The translations under genes and the position numbers were made by a program. Positions 25,034-32,354 of a stretch of 37,442 nt of DNA are shown here, in pieces (position 1 is the first letter of the stretch; every line of letters starts with the position of its first letter). This DNA comes from a virus. Taxonomy: Duplodnaviria > Caudoviricetes. The notes under the pieces were generated by a model. That model was not told where the DNA came from. It saw nothing but the letters and a program-made list of their open reading frames with translations, and did no database searches. The stretch is from IMG/VR virus record IMGVR_UViG_3300005805_000215, positions 1 through 37,442 of that record. One strand, written 5' to 3'.

Positions 25034-27824
25034 AGCAGTTCACATTCATGTTTTTGTCTAGGATGCTGAACGCGCCCTTCCAGCCTGAGTCCAGCCGCAT
25101 CTTTTTCGTGCCCATCAGGATGCCTTTATCCTTCATGGCCTTTTCCCACTCTCGTGTACTAATTTGTTTCTCAGAGAGATACTTTTTAAACTCTGTACTA
25201 GAGATATAGACGTGCCCCGTGGCAACATCAATACGCCCGACAAGAGACGTTCTTGGTTCGTAGGTGACCTTGCCGTCGTTGATGCCAAGAAAGCCTGTAT
25301 AGAACTTATTGATGAATTCCCCGACCAACCCTTCATAGTCCATTTGCCCCAGTTTAACTACGTTGTCACGTAGGTTAATCATCTCGTACAGCGCACGGTC
25401 GTAAATCCGGTTCAGGTCATAGTTCACAATCTTGAACTCGTTAGCAACCATGCCACCTGTGAACACCGCGCATATGTAGTTTGAATAGAAGCGGTAGATG
25501 TCATCCGTGCCAAAGTCCTTGTGGAACCTGTTTAGCCAATACGCTATCCGGTCTAGCAAGTCAGCTTCGCCTAACGTATAAAAGCCCTGTATTAGTTTGA
25601 TTCCAGCGTGACCGTAGTTATCGTTCAGTGGGTCGAATACACGCCGCCCCAAGTACGGGTCTTCAATCATGGCACGGGGCTTGTCTACCATTATCTCGAT
25701 CATCCGTGCCATCTGTCCGTTTGCGTAGCTGTTCTTCTGCATGATGATGTCTAGCACCGGCTGATTACAGGTGAGCATTGCGATAGATGAGGCGTTTAGC
25801 TCGTGCTCTCGTTCAGCGTTGACCGATCCCATCATCCTGACTTTGGCTTTGCCCTGCGAGATCGAGTGAACAAATTTAGCCAGAACATCTGGCGGGGTCT
25901 GCTGCGCTTCATCTAGACCGTACGGTATATTTTTGAAAGTAACGTATCGCGTTTGTAACCCATTTGGTGTCGACTCCAAAATCCACATATTCTTGGGGTT
26001 CCCCCACGAACTTAGGTTTGCCATCAAAGCACCAGTCTTCGCATTGCCCGATTCCCCGGTGTACGACAAAGTTACGCCACTTGTGGAAGTCAGACTCATT
26101 AAGGGCGCGCCGAAGCCGGTGAGTGCACCAAGGGCGTGTAGCTCCATCGATGGTCGATTCAGTTCCTGTACACACTCTTGCCATTTTTCAAATGTTCCTC
26201 TCGGTTCAAACATCTTAGCGATACTACGGATCATCGGGGCTGTAGCTGCCTTCACTACGGAGCCATCGCGCTTAACCATCCGGTTTCCGATAACAAACTC
26301 CTCACCCAAAGATTTAGTTGCGGCAGCAACTTCTGTCCAACCCATCTGCATCTGAACAATTTCTGCGGGGACTGTACTAGCCAGATACTTTCCCCATTTA
26401 TTTAAATAACCCATGAGATGCACCATCAAGTGAGGTAGTGGAATGATGTCGTGAAACAGTAAAGACTTCTTCAGTTCATCCGTTGACTGCAAGATTCTGA
26501 TCGGCAGCAAGAACTCTTTAGGTGGGTCTTTCGGTAACAGCAACCGCATCAACATCAGTGCGCCCTCCGTCTTGCTGTAAAGCCGCTCCACCGGAAATAG
26601 TTCGTGCTCAAAAACCAAGACAGGATCGTGCGTAGTTACCTTGCCCTTTCTATCTTTAGTGGGTGGAGGTTGATAGTAGATGCCGCCTTTCTCTGCCCTA
26701 AAGTATGGGAACAAGTAATTTGGGTGATCTACGATTAAGCTTTTTGAAACATCTTTGGTATCCTCGTTCTCCCGAACTGATTCCGCCTTAGCAATTTTGA
26801 TGACTCGTCCGAGGGCGAGGGGGTTGGTGATGCTTCCCTTGTGCTTGCAGCCATCACAGACATCGGGGTTGAGGTTGTCAAACACTTCGCAAGAATAAGG
26901 CTTGCCTTGCCGCTGGTGGGCTTTCTTTTCTGTTTCTTCCCAGCTATATCCGGGGTAGTCACAGGAGACTGCGTGGATTGCTTCATCTCTGTCAGTGCAG
27001 TGCTGTGCGATAGACAGCACAGCTGTCCATACTGGTTCAGGTAATGTCCGTCGGTTCTCGATTGCCCACTTGATTTGCTCACACCCATCCCCCTTCATGC
27101 TGCGCATTGCGATCTTGTCGAATACCGTCTCGTAGTTGTCCATCTTGAGAAGAGCCCTAGTCTCTTCGTCAACCCCCTTCGGGATACTTCTTAGGACATC
27201 AGCTGCCGCTACGTTAACTTCTTCTACACCAAGAAAGTCTTTGAACGCATCGAACGAGTACGTGTATATTTCATCGGTAAGCACCGCTGTGGGTGACGGC
27301 GGGTCTGTCTTGTAATTAAACGTGTCAGGACAGCGCAGGATGCGTGAAACATCTGCGGTTACTACGGGGTCGATATGTATGTGCTCAAGGCAGAACGCTT
27401 TGAACTTCTCAGCGTAGGGCTTCCATTCAGCTACGGGGACATCTTCGTCAAAGAGCCAATAGGCGTGAATGCCCGTACCTGAGTCAACGACTACCGGCGG
27501 AGGAAGTTCTTGTGTTTCAACGAACTCTCGCAAACTACTAAGAGCGTCTGCTTTTTCAGCGTATCCTTTGCCGTCTCCGACATCGAGATCGATGAAGAAT
27601 GAACGAAGGTATTGCGCGTCCTCTGCCTTCCTTGAATAGCCTTCGAAGGTCGCAAGTGCCACGTAGACGTTATCTCCGCCCACTGCAAACTGTCGTGCAA
27701 TAGTTTCGAGTTCATCAAGATTCTCCGTAAACCTTTGCGTTATTTTGTGCGTCTTTGGATGGATTCGTGCCACACAATAGACGCCCTGCGAAGGCAATGC
27801 TTTCTCGTAAAATTGTTTTATCAT
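24960..27824 (-). CDS. Primase-helicase: RepB/AEP-type primase, Cys-cluster domain and DUF927-type helicase
   Basis: FFIDLD, DSGTGIHAYW and RILRCP AEP motifs; CEVF...CDGCKH...NP cluster; P-loop GESGNAKT and Walker B YGLDE. Confidence 0.85.
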   Translation of the reverse strand: MIKQFYEKALPSQGVYCVARIHPKTHKITQRFTENLDELETIARQFAVGGDNVYVALATFEGYSRKAEDAQYLRSFFIDLDVGDGKGYAEKADALSSLREFVETQELPPPVVVDSGTGIHAYWLFDEDVPVAEWKPYAEKFKAFCLEHIHIDPVVTADVSRILRCPDTFNYKTDPPSPTAVLTDEIYTYSFDAFKDFLGVEEVNVAAADVLRSIPKGVDEETRALLKMDNYETVFDKIAMRSMKGDGCEQIKWAIENRRTLPEPVWTAVLSIAQHCTDRDEAIHAVSCDYPGYSWEETEKKAHQRQGKPYSCEVFDNLNPDVCDGCKHKGSITNPLALGRVIKIAKAESVRENEDTKDVSKSLIVDHPNYLFPYFRAEKGGIYYQPPPTKDRKGKVTTHDPVLVFEHELFPVERLYSKTEGALMLMRLLLPKDPPKEFLLPIRILQSTDELKKSLLFHDIIPLPHLMVHLMGYLNKWGKYLASTVPAEIVQMQMGWTEVAAATKSLGEEFVIGNRMVKRDGSVVKAATAPMIRSIAKMFEPRGTFEKWQECVQELNRPSMELHALGALTGFGAPLMSLTSTSGVTLSYTGESGNAKTGALMANLSSWGNPKNMWILESTPNGLQTRYVTFKNIPYGLDEAQQTPPDVLAKFVHSISQGKAKVRMMGSVNAEREHELNASSIAMLTCNQPVLDIIMQKNSYANGQMARMIEIMVDKPRAMIEDPYLGRRVFDPLNDNYGHAGIKLIQGFYTLGEADLLDRIAYWLNRFHKDFGTDDIYRFYSNYICAVFTGGMVANEFKIVNYDLNRIYDRALYEMINLRDNVVKLGQMDYEGLVGEFINKFYTGFLGINDGKVTYEPRTSLVGRIDVATGHVYISSTEFKKYLSEKQISTREWEKAMKDKGILMGTKKMRLDSGWKGAFSILDKNMNVNCYVFETKIPSSFFGTDEYRGDDGGT

Positions 27825-27830
27825 ATCCGC

Positions 27831-27863
27831 AGAGACAGAAAGGGCAGAGCATAAGCTCTGCCC
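27831..27863 (-). terminator. Intrinsic terminator-like hairpin with a weak U tract directly upstream of the primase
   Basis: Perfect 9-bp stem GGGCAGAGC/GCTCTGCCC (27842-27863), 4-nt loop, followed on - by TTTCTGTCTCT. Confidence 0.6.
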
Positions 27864-27884
27864 GGTTGTACAAAGTGCTGCTAC

Positions 27885-28040
27885 TTAGTTGCAGAAAGTG
27901 TTGCAGTTATTGCCGTGACTATCACAGCAAGTTGTACAGTACACAAACCGTCCGTTGTACGAGTAGCTATGTGAAGAGCATCCAGCGTAAGCTAGACCAG
28001 CGGCGGTAAGCGCCCAGATTACGAGTAACAGTTTTTTCAT
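27885..28040 (-). CDS. Secreted 6-cysteine peptide precursor (51 aa, absent from ORF track)
   Basis: MKKLLLVIWALTAAGLAYA|GCSSHSYSYNGRFVYCTTCCDSHGNNCNTFCN; Sec-type signal with AYA site; ATGA overlap with the upstream HTH gene; hairpin after the stop. Confidence 0.85.
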   Translation of the reverse strand: MKKLLLVIWALTAAGLAYAGCSSHSYSYNGRFVYCTTCCDSHGNNCNTFCN

Positions 28041-28351
28041 ATTGGTTTCCCTATCATGTCTTCGATGTAGGCTTTAGCTTCCTTCACGGACTTGGCTGGC
28101 AGTATTCCTGTTGCCAAGTCTTTCTCTACTAGCCTGATGAAAGCTAAAGCCATGTCTTGATTTTTACCCCTTGGTATTGCGCCGCGAAACCAATTGTGAA
28201 TTGTTGCGCGTGAGATTTCTAACGCAGCGCCTACGTACTTGGCAGGGAGGTTTGCTGCAACACAAAGCTTTGCCATCTTGTAGCCGATGCGGTATGAATC
28301 ATCTGCGGTTTCTAACTCACTGAGAAACTTAGTACTATATGGTCGCGACAT
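28037..28351 (-). CDS. Helix-turn-helix transcriptional regulator (Cro/XRE-like)
   Basis: LPAKYVGAALEISRATIHNWFRG HTH signature; GGAG upstream of the start. Confidence 0.8.
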   Translation of the reverse strand: MSRPYSTKFLSELETADDSYRIGYKMAKLCVAANLPAKYVGAALEISRATIHNWFRGAIPRGKNQDMALAFIRLVEKDLATGILPAKSVKEAKAYIEDMIGKPI

Positions 28352-28359
28352 GGGGCTCC

Positions 28360-29196
28360 TTATTTCTTAGTCCACTTCTTGATGACATCCGACGCATCAG
28401 TTGCACTTGGCGCAGCGCGTTGTTTAACTGATTCACGGACTGTCGGTTCTGCTACTGGTACATCCACTGTTTCGCCATCCTTCTTCTTATAGACGGTTAG
28501 CTTAATAGCAGCTTCAGCAGCAGCGGTCTTGCCTTGTGCAGCGATGGTGTCATAGTCCTTCGGGTCAACTGCACCGGCTGGTGAGAACAACACTTTCGGG
28601 AACTGCACCTTAGTGTCGAACTGCACCTTCGTTACCACGCGACCTTTGGATACGTTGTTACTGGCAAGCATCCCAATGTACGACTTGAAAGGCCAGCGTC
28701 CGTTTTCCTCTTTGCCGAAAGTCGAAGCTGCGGGGATAACGAATTCCAATACATCACCAGCCGGGTCTTGTGGCAGGACGACAGCTGTGCGCCATGATAG
28801 TTTGCATTTCGCGCCAACACCGGAATCGTTTGAGCCTTTGGCGCTATTTGGGCAAACATCGCAAGTTGGTGCACAAGGGTGCTCAACATCCTCGTCAGGC
28901 TTAACGGAGTCGTTTGACCAGCAGATTGGCGAAACGGTTTTTCCTTCCTCATACGTGCCCTCGTAGCATTGACGCGACGCGCTGTGTGCCATACGAACAA
29001 AGATCACGTTCATATGACGGTCTTCGATACTGCCTACTTCTTTGCCGCCTACCATTTTGCGGAATACACCGCCCTTGATGGATAGACGCTTGGTCTGATT
29101 ACCACTGCCACCTGCTACGGCTGCGGTGTCCTCATCAACACCCGACTGAATGATCAGCGGGTTGTTTGCCAAGATGGTTTGTAGTTCTGTACTCAT
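28360..29196 (-). CDS. Putative Zn-binding ssDNA-binding / replication accessory protein
   Basis: 278 aa; CWS...CDVCP...GAKC Cys motif; position in the helicase-primase operon. The function is inferred. Confidence 0.55.
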   Translation of the reverse strand: MSTELQTILANNPLIIQSGVDEDTAAVAGGSGNQTKRLSIKGGVFRKMVGGKEVGSIEDRHMNVIFVRMAHSASRQCYEGTYEEGKTVSPICWSNDSVKPDEDVEHPCAPTCDVCPNSAKGSNDSGVGAKCKLSWRTAVVLPQDPAGDVLEFVIPAASTFGKEENGRWPFKSYIGMLASNNVSKGRVVTKVQFDTKVQFPKVLFSPAGAVDPKDYDTIAAQGKTAAAEAAIKLTVYKKKDGETVDVPVAEPTVRESVKQRAAPSATDASDVIKKWTKK

Positions 29197-29214
29197 GGTT
29201 AACCTCTACTAAAT

Positions 29215-29619
29215 TTAACTAACACGGGACGTGGGCTTACGAACTGTGATGGTGAACTCACGCATCACATTCACTCCGGGCGGTAGACCTTCATGGTGCC
29301 GCTCAGACATGAATTCTTTAAAATTACCTTGATGCAAACGCGCTTCGAACAACTCAACTGCACCTGTCTCTAATACGAACTTATTGAAGTTGTCGCGGTC
29401 AGCGCAGGTGTAGCGTTCTTTTAATGACTTAATTACTGTACCGCTGTCGGTGCGTAGACTCTCAACCTTCATGTCGTTGCATCCTGCCAGCATCTCTTGC
29501 TCAAGGATTGCCATGTCAGCCTTTAGCTGCATGTCTCGCTCCTTGTATTCCGCCTCGATCTTTTCACGCTCATTGCGAATAGTCAAGTAGGCTTTAACTA
29601 ATTCATTCATGTCCTTCAT
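29215..29619 (-). CDS. Phage replication-module coiled-coil protein
   Basis: 134 aa from ATG 29619 (GAAGGGGA upstream); LVKAYLTIRN...SLRTDSGTV...LPPGVN. Confidence 0.75.
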   Translation of the reverse strand: MKDMNELVKAYLTIRNEREKIEAEYKERDMQLKADMAILEQEMLAGCNDMKVESLRTDSGTVIKSLKERYTCADRDNFNKFVLETGAVELFEARLHQGNFKEFMSERHHEGLPPGVNVMREFTITVRKPTSRVS

Positions 29620-31201
29620 AGATTTCCCCTTCAAGTTCTGATTTATACAAGTCGATCAACTGCTCATGCGAATCAACTTTACTTTGCAACAACTTATACA
29701 TCTTGCGTTCAACTTCTGAGCCTTGCAGGTGTACCACTGTCATACGATTCTTCTGACCGACGCGATCAATACGTGCGATACATTGCAGGTATGTTTCTAC
29801 ACTCATAACAGGAGACCAAAAAACAACTGTGTTTGCAGCGGTTAGAGTGACACCGTGTGATGCTGCTTGAGGCTGGATGACTAGCACCCGTGGGTCTGCT
29901 GCTGATTGAAATTTGCTAACAATCCTAGTGCGCTCATTACCGGATACGCTTCCGTTAATAACTTCATTAGAGACGCCATTATTGGTTAAAAACTTCGCCA
30001 ACATCTCAATCGTGTGCGTGAACGGCACGAACACAATCACCTTATGCTCTGTCTCGTTCAACACTTCAAGCAACGCGTTTAGCCTCGGACTTACATCGAA
30101 CTCCACCACCTCCCGCGTATCCGAATACACCGCGCCGCCTGAAACCTGTAGCAACTTGGACAACCTAGCCGCTGCATTTACTGCGCTTATCTGCTCCCCC
30201 GCTGCGTGTATCAGCATCTCTTCTTTAAGCACCTTGTAGTACTTCGCTGCCTGTGTAGTCAGCGGCACTTCGCGGGTCTGGTACAAGACCTCCGGCAGAT
30301 CAAGACACTCGTCCTTTGAAAACCTGATGGCGGGTTGCAGCGCATCGAATACAGTTTGTTTAGCTGTTGACTTGGGAACCCACTTGAACCGTGACACTTG
30401 GCTCATGACTTTATCGCGCCATGCTGTGCTGTACCTCGGTACATTGTCTGGTGAGACCAAACGCGCCAAGCCAAAGGCGTCGAGCGGCGACTGAGATGCA
30501 GGAGTGCCGGTCAGCATCCAGAGTCTCGTACTAGGTAGAATTAATTTAGCTAATGTCTTCCAGCGCACGGTGCTGGTTGACTTGTAGGCGTTGGCCTCAT
30601 CCACAATGATTAGGTCGAAGTTACCGCCCTTGATCTCGTCCCGCAGGATGCCCACACCGTCATAGTTAGTAACTATGAAATCGTACTCACCATTTAATAT
30701 TTTCTTACGCTTCGCCGCAGGGCCGTAGGCTACGCCCACGCTTCGGTGCATCGCTGTCTTGAACACATCGGCTTGCCACGCCGAGTACATAATTGTTAGT
30801 GGGCACACCACAAGCACACGCTTGACGATGCCCTGATTCATCAGATAGTCAGCCGCCCAGATAACTGATGAGGTCTTGCCTGTACCCGCCTCGTTGAAAC
30901 AGAACGCGCGTTGGCGTGTGGAGAGAAACTCAGCAGTCACGCGCTGGTGGTTGAACGGGCGGTACAAGCCGGGGTAGTCGTAGTCACGCAGCATGGGGGA
31001 CGGCACATTCTGGATGCCGATTGTCTGCGTAAGGAAGGTGGCTTCTTTGATACCCCAGTAGGTGAGCAGGGTTGTGTTGTTGTCATCCCTGTCGAGTATC
31101 TCGCACTTCTCGATGTACTGTAGCAGCACGTCTGCTAATTCATTCGGAACCGTGTACTGTAGGGCGGTGTCATCCACCACTGTAAACTTAAACGTACTCA
31201 A
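29603..31201 (-). CDS. SNF2-family superfamily 2 helicase
   Basis: NEAGTGKT (I), IIVDEAN (II), LTGTP (III), HGVTLT (V), QCIARIDRVGQ (VI); TTG start after GAGG. Confidence 0.93.
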   Translation of the reverse strand: MSTFKFTVVDDTALQYTVPNELADVLLQYIEKCEILDRDDNNTTLLTYWGIKEATFLTQTIGIQNVPSPMLRDYDYPGLYRPFNHQRVTAEFLSTRQRAFCFNEAGTGKTSSVIWAADYLMNQGIVKRVLVVCPLTIMYSAWQADVFKTAMHRSVGVAYGPAAKRKKILNGEYDFIVTNYDGVGILRDEIKGGNFDLIIVDEANAYKSTSTVRWKTLAKLILPSTRLWMLTGTPASQSPLDAFGLARLVSPDNVPRYSTAWRDKVMSQVSRFKWVPKSTAKQTVFDALQPAIRFSKDECLDLPEVLYQTREVPLTTQAAKYYKVLKEEMLIHAAGEQISAVNAAARLSKLLQVSGGAVYSDTREVVEFDVSPRLNALLEVLNETEHKVIVFVPFTHTIEMLAKFLTNNGVSNEVINGSVSGNERTRIVSKFQSAADPRVLVIQPQAASHGVTLTAANTVVFWSPVMSVETYLQCIARIDRVGQKNRMTVVHLQGSEVERKMYKLLQSKVDSHEQLIDLYKSELEGEIYEGHE

Positions 31202-31225
31202 TTTAACCTCACTGTAAACTTAAAC
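31178..31225. repeat. 16-bp perfect direct repeat cactgtaaacttaaac bracketing the helicase RBS and start
   Basis: Copies at 31178-31193 and 31210-31225. Confidence 0.9.
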
Positions 31226-31228
31226 TAT

Positions 31229-31360
31229 GCCCCTTACGGGGGCTAGTCGGTCAACTCCGTACCTAGGAGTACTTCTCCGAAAGGGGAGTACTAGCTGACT
31301 GATGCGGTTTATTTGAGGGGACAAACCTTCCGAAAACCCCCCGCCCACTCACACCTAACG
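31229..31360. ncRNA. Candidate structured RNA or ssDNA element (unassigned)
   Basis: Several stems in ~130 nt: hairpin 31229-31243; AGTCGGT/GCTGACT enclosing CTCC/GGAG and TACTTCTCC-GAAA-GGGGAGTA; GCGG..GGGG/CCCC-CCGC. Confidence 0.5.
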
Positions 31361-31368
31361 GCAAGCCT

Positions 31369-31680
31369 TTACTTCTTGCGTTCTCGCTTGCTAGTCTCAG
31401 AGACCAACGCGCTTGATGAGCTACGCTTGAATGAGCGATTCTTCGACGGCGACTGTACCATTACGCCGTCAGCATTGCTACCACCTTTTGATAAAGCTAC
31501 TCGGTGTGCGATGTCTTTACCTTCACGCACGTCGGCTTTACCGTTGCCGTTGTTGTCTTTGGCTTTTTTATCCATTGCGCGACGCGCACGTTGGCGCTCC
31601 ATGCGATCAGGATGTTCATTCCTAGCCTTCTCTTGCTGGTACTCTTTCTTGTACGGTCTGGGTTTATTTACGTAGGGCAT
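31369..31680 (-). CDS. Small basic HNH-like endonuclease
   Basis: KDIAHRVALSKGGSN...SPSKNRS resembles the minimal phage HNH/HNN motif. Confidence 0.65.
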   Translation of the reverse strand: MPYVNKPRPYKKEYQQEKARNEHPDRMERQRARRAMDKKAKDNNGNGKADVREGKDIAHRVALSKGGSNADGVMVQSPSKNRSFKRSSSSALVSETSKRERKK

Positions 31681-31681
31681 G

Positions 31682-32338
31682 TTATCTCGTCCTATGAAAC
31701 TCGCACTCTGTTACAGGACACCAGCCACATAGCGGTGTCGGGTTCGGTTGCCATGCGTCGTTCTCAAACGACAACGCTAGGCGCTCTAGGTCTGGATTGA
31801 AGTTGTTCCACAGTTCATCGACCTGACTACGCTCGTACTCCTCTGGTATGAAGTTGTTGTGCATCACGAACAGCAAACCAGCTTTGATTCTTTCTACTTC
31901 AGGGAAGTGTGCAAACGTCATCAGCGCCATCAGTCGTAACTGTTTTAAATCAGGGTACTTGTCGCTTCCCGTCTTGTAGTCAACGATGAACGCTACGTCA
32001 TCTGACACGATCATTAAATCAACAATCCCTCTTACCCAGTAGCCCTTACCGTAAGCGCAGGGCTGTCTGTTTATATCTAACGCCATTCGATACTCAGGAT
32101 AGCGCGTCCCATCGATCTCAAGCAACGGGTCAACCAAGGGAGCAAACCTCTTGTAATTGTGGGGTAGCTCTGTTCCATCCTTCGTGTAGTTCTCCAACGC
32201 TGTGTGAACTTCTGTGCCATAGAGCATCTGGTGCGTGGGCCGTACTTCATATCTCTTTAAAACTTTTACCTGTTGATACTGTCTTGGGCAATTAATGTAC
32301 TGTTTCAAACTGGAAAATGACCACGTAATCGGATTCAT
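31682..32338 (-). CDS. PD-(D/E)xK exonuclease (Cas4/RecB-like)
   Basis: SFSSL..YINCP, YGTEVH, GIVD, VDYKTG, QL..MA and C-terminal LCGWCPVTEC. Confidence 0.9.
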   Translation of the reverse strand: MNPITWSFSSLKQYINCPRQYQQVKVLKRYEVRPTHQMLYGTEVHTALENYTKDGTELPHNYKRFAPLVDPLLEIDGTRYPEYRMALDINRQPCAYGKGYWVRGIVDLMIVSDDVAFIVDYKTGSDKYPDLKQLRLMALMTFAHFPEVERIKAGLLFVMHNNFIPEEYERSQVDELWNNFNPDLERLALSFENDAWQPNPTPLCGWCPVTECEFHRTR

Positions 32339-32354
32339 GGGGTACCTTTATTTG

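Noticed and set aside
27755-28009. 84-aa + strand ORF across the primase upstream region
   Set aside because: Opposes the operon and overlaps the primase start; the - strand signal-peptide ORF explains the region better.
31299-31336. Hammerhead ribozyme suggested by CTGATG...CGAAA
   Set aside because: Core reads CUGAUGC rather than CUGAUGA, GAAA is not adjacent to the candidate stem II, and no stem I/III with a cleavage triplet could be built.
31313-31800. Several + strand ORFs over the HNH-like and nuclease genes
   Set aside because: Antisense shadows of motif-bearing - strand genes.
31682-32338. Cas4 as evidence of a CRISPR system
   Set aside because: Stand-alone Cas4-like nucleases are routine in phage replication modules; no array or other cas genes are seen.
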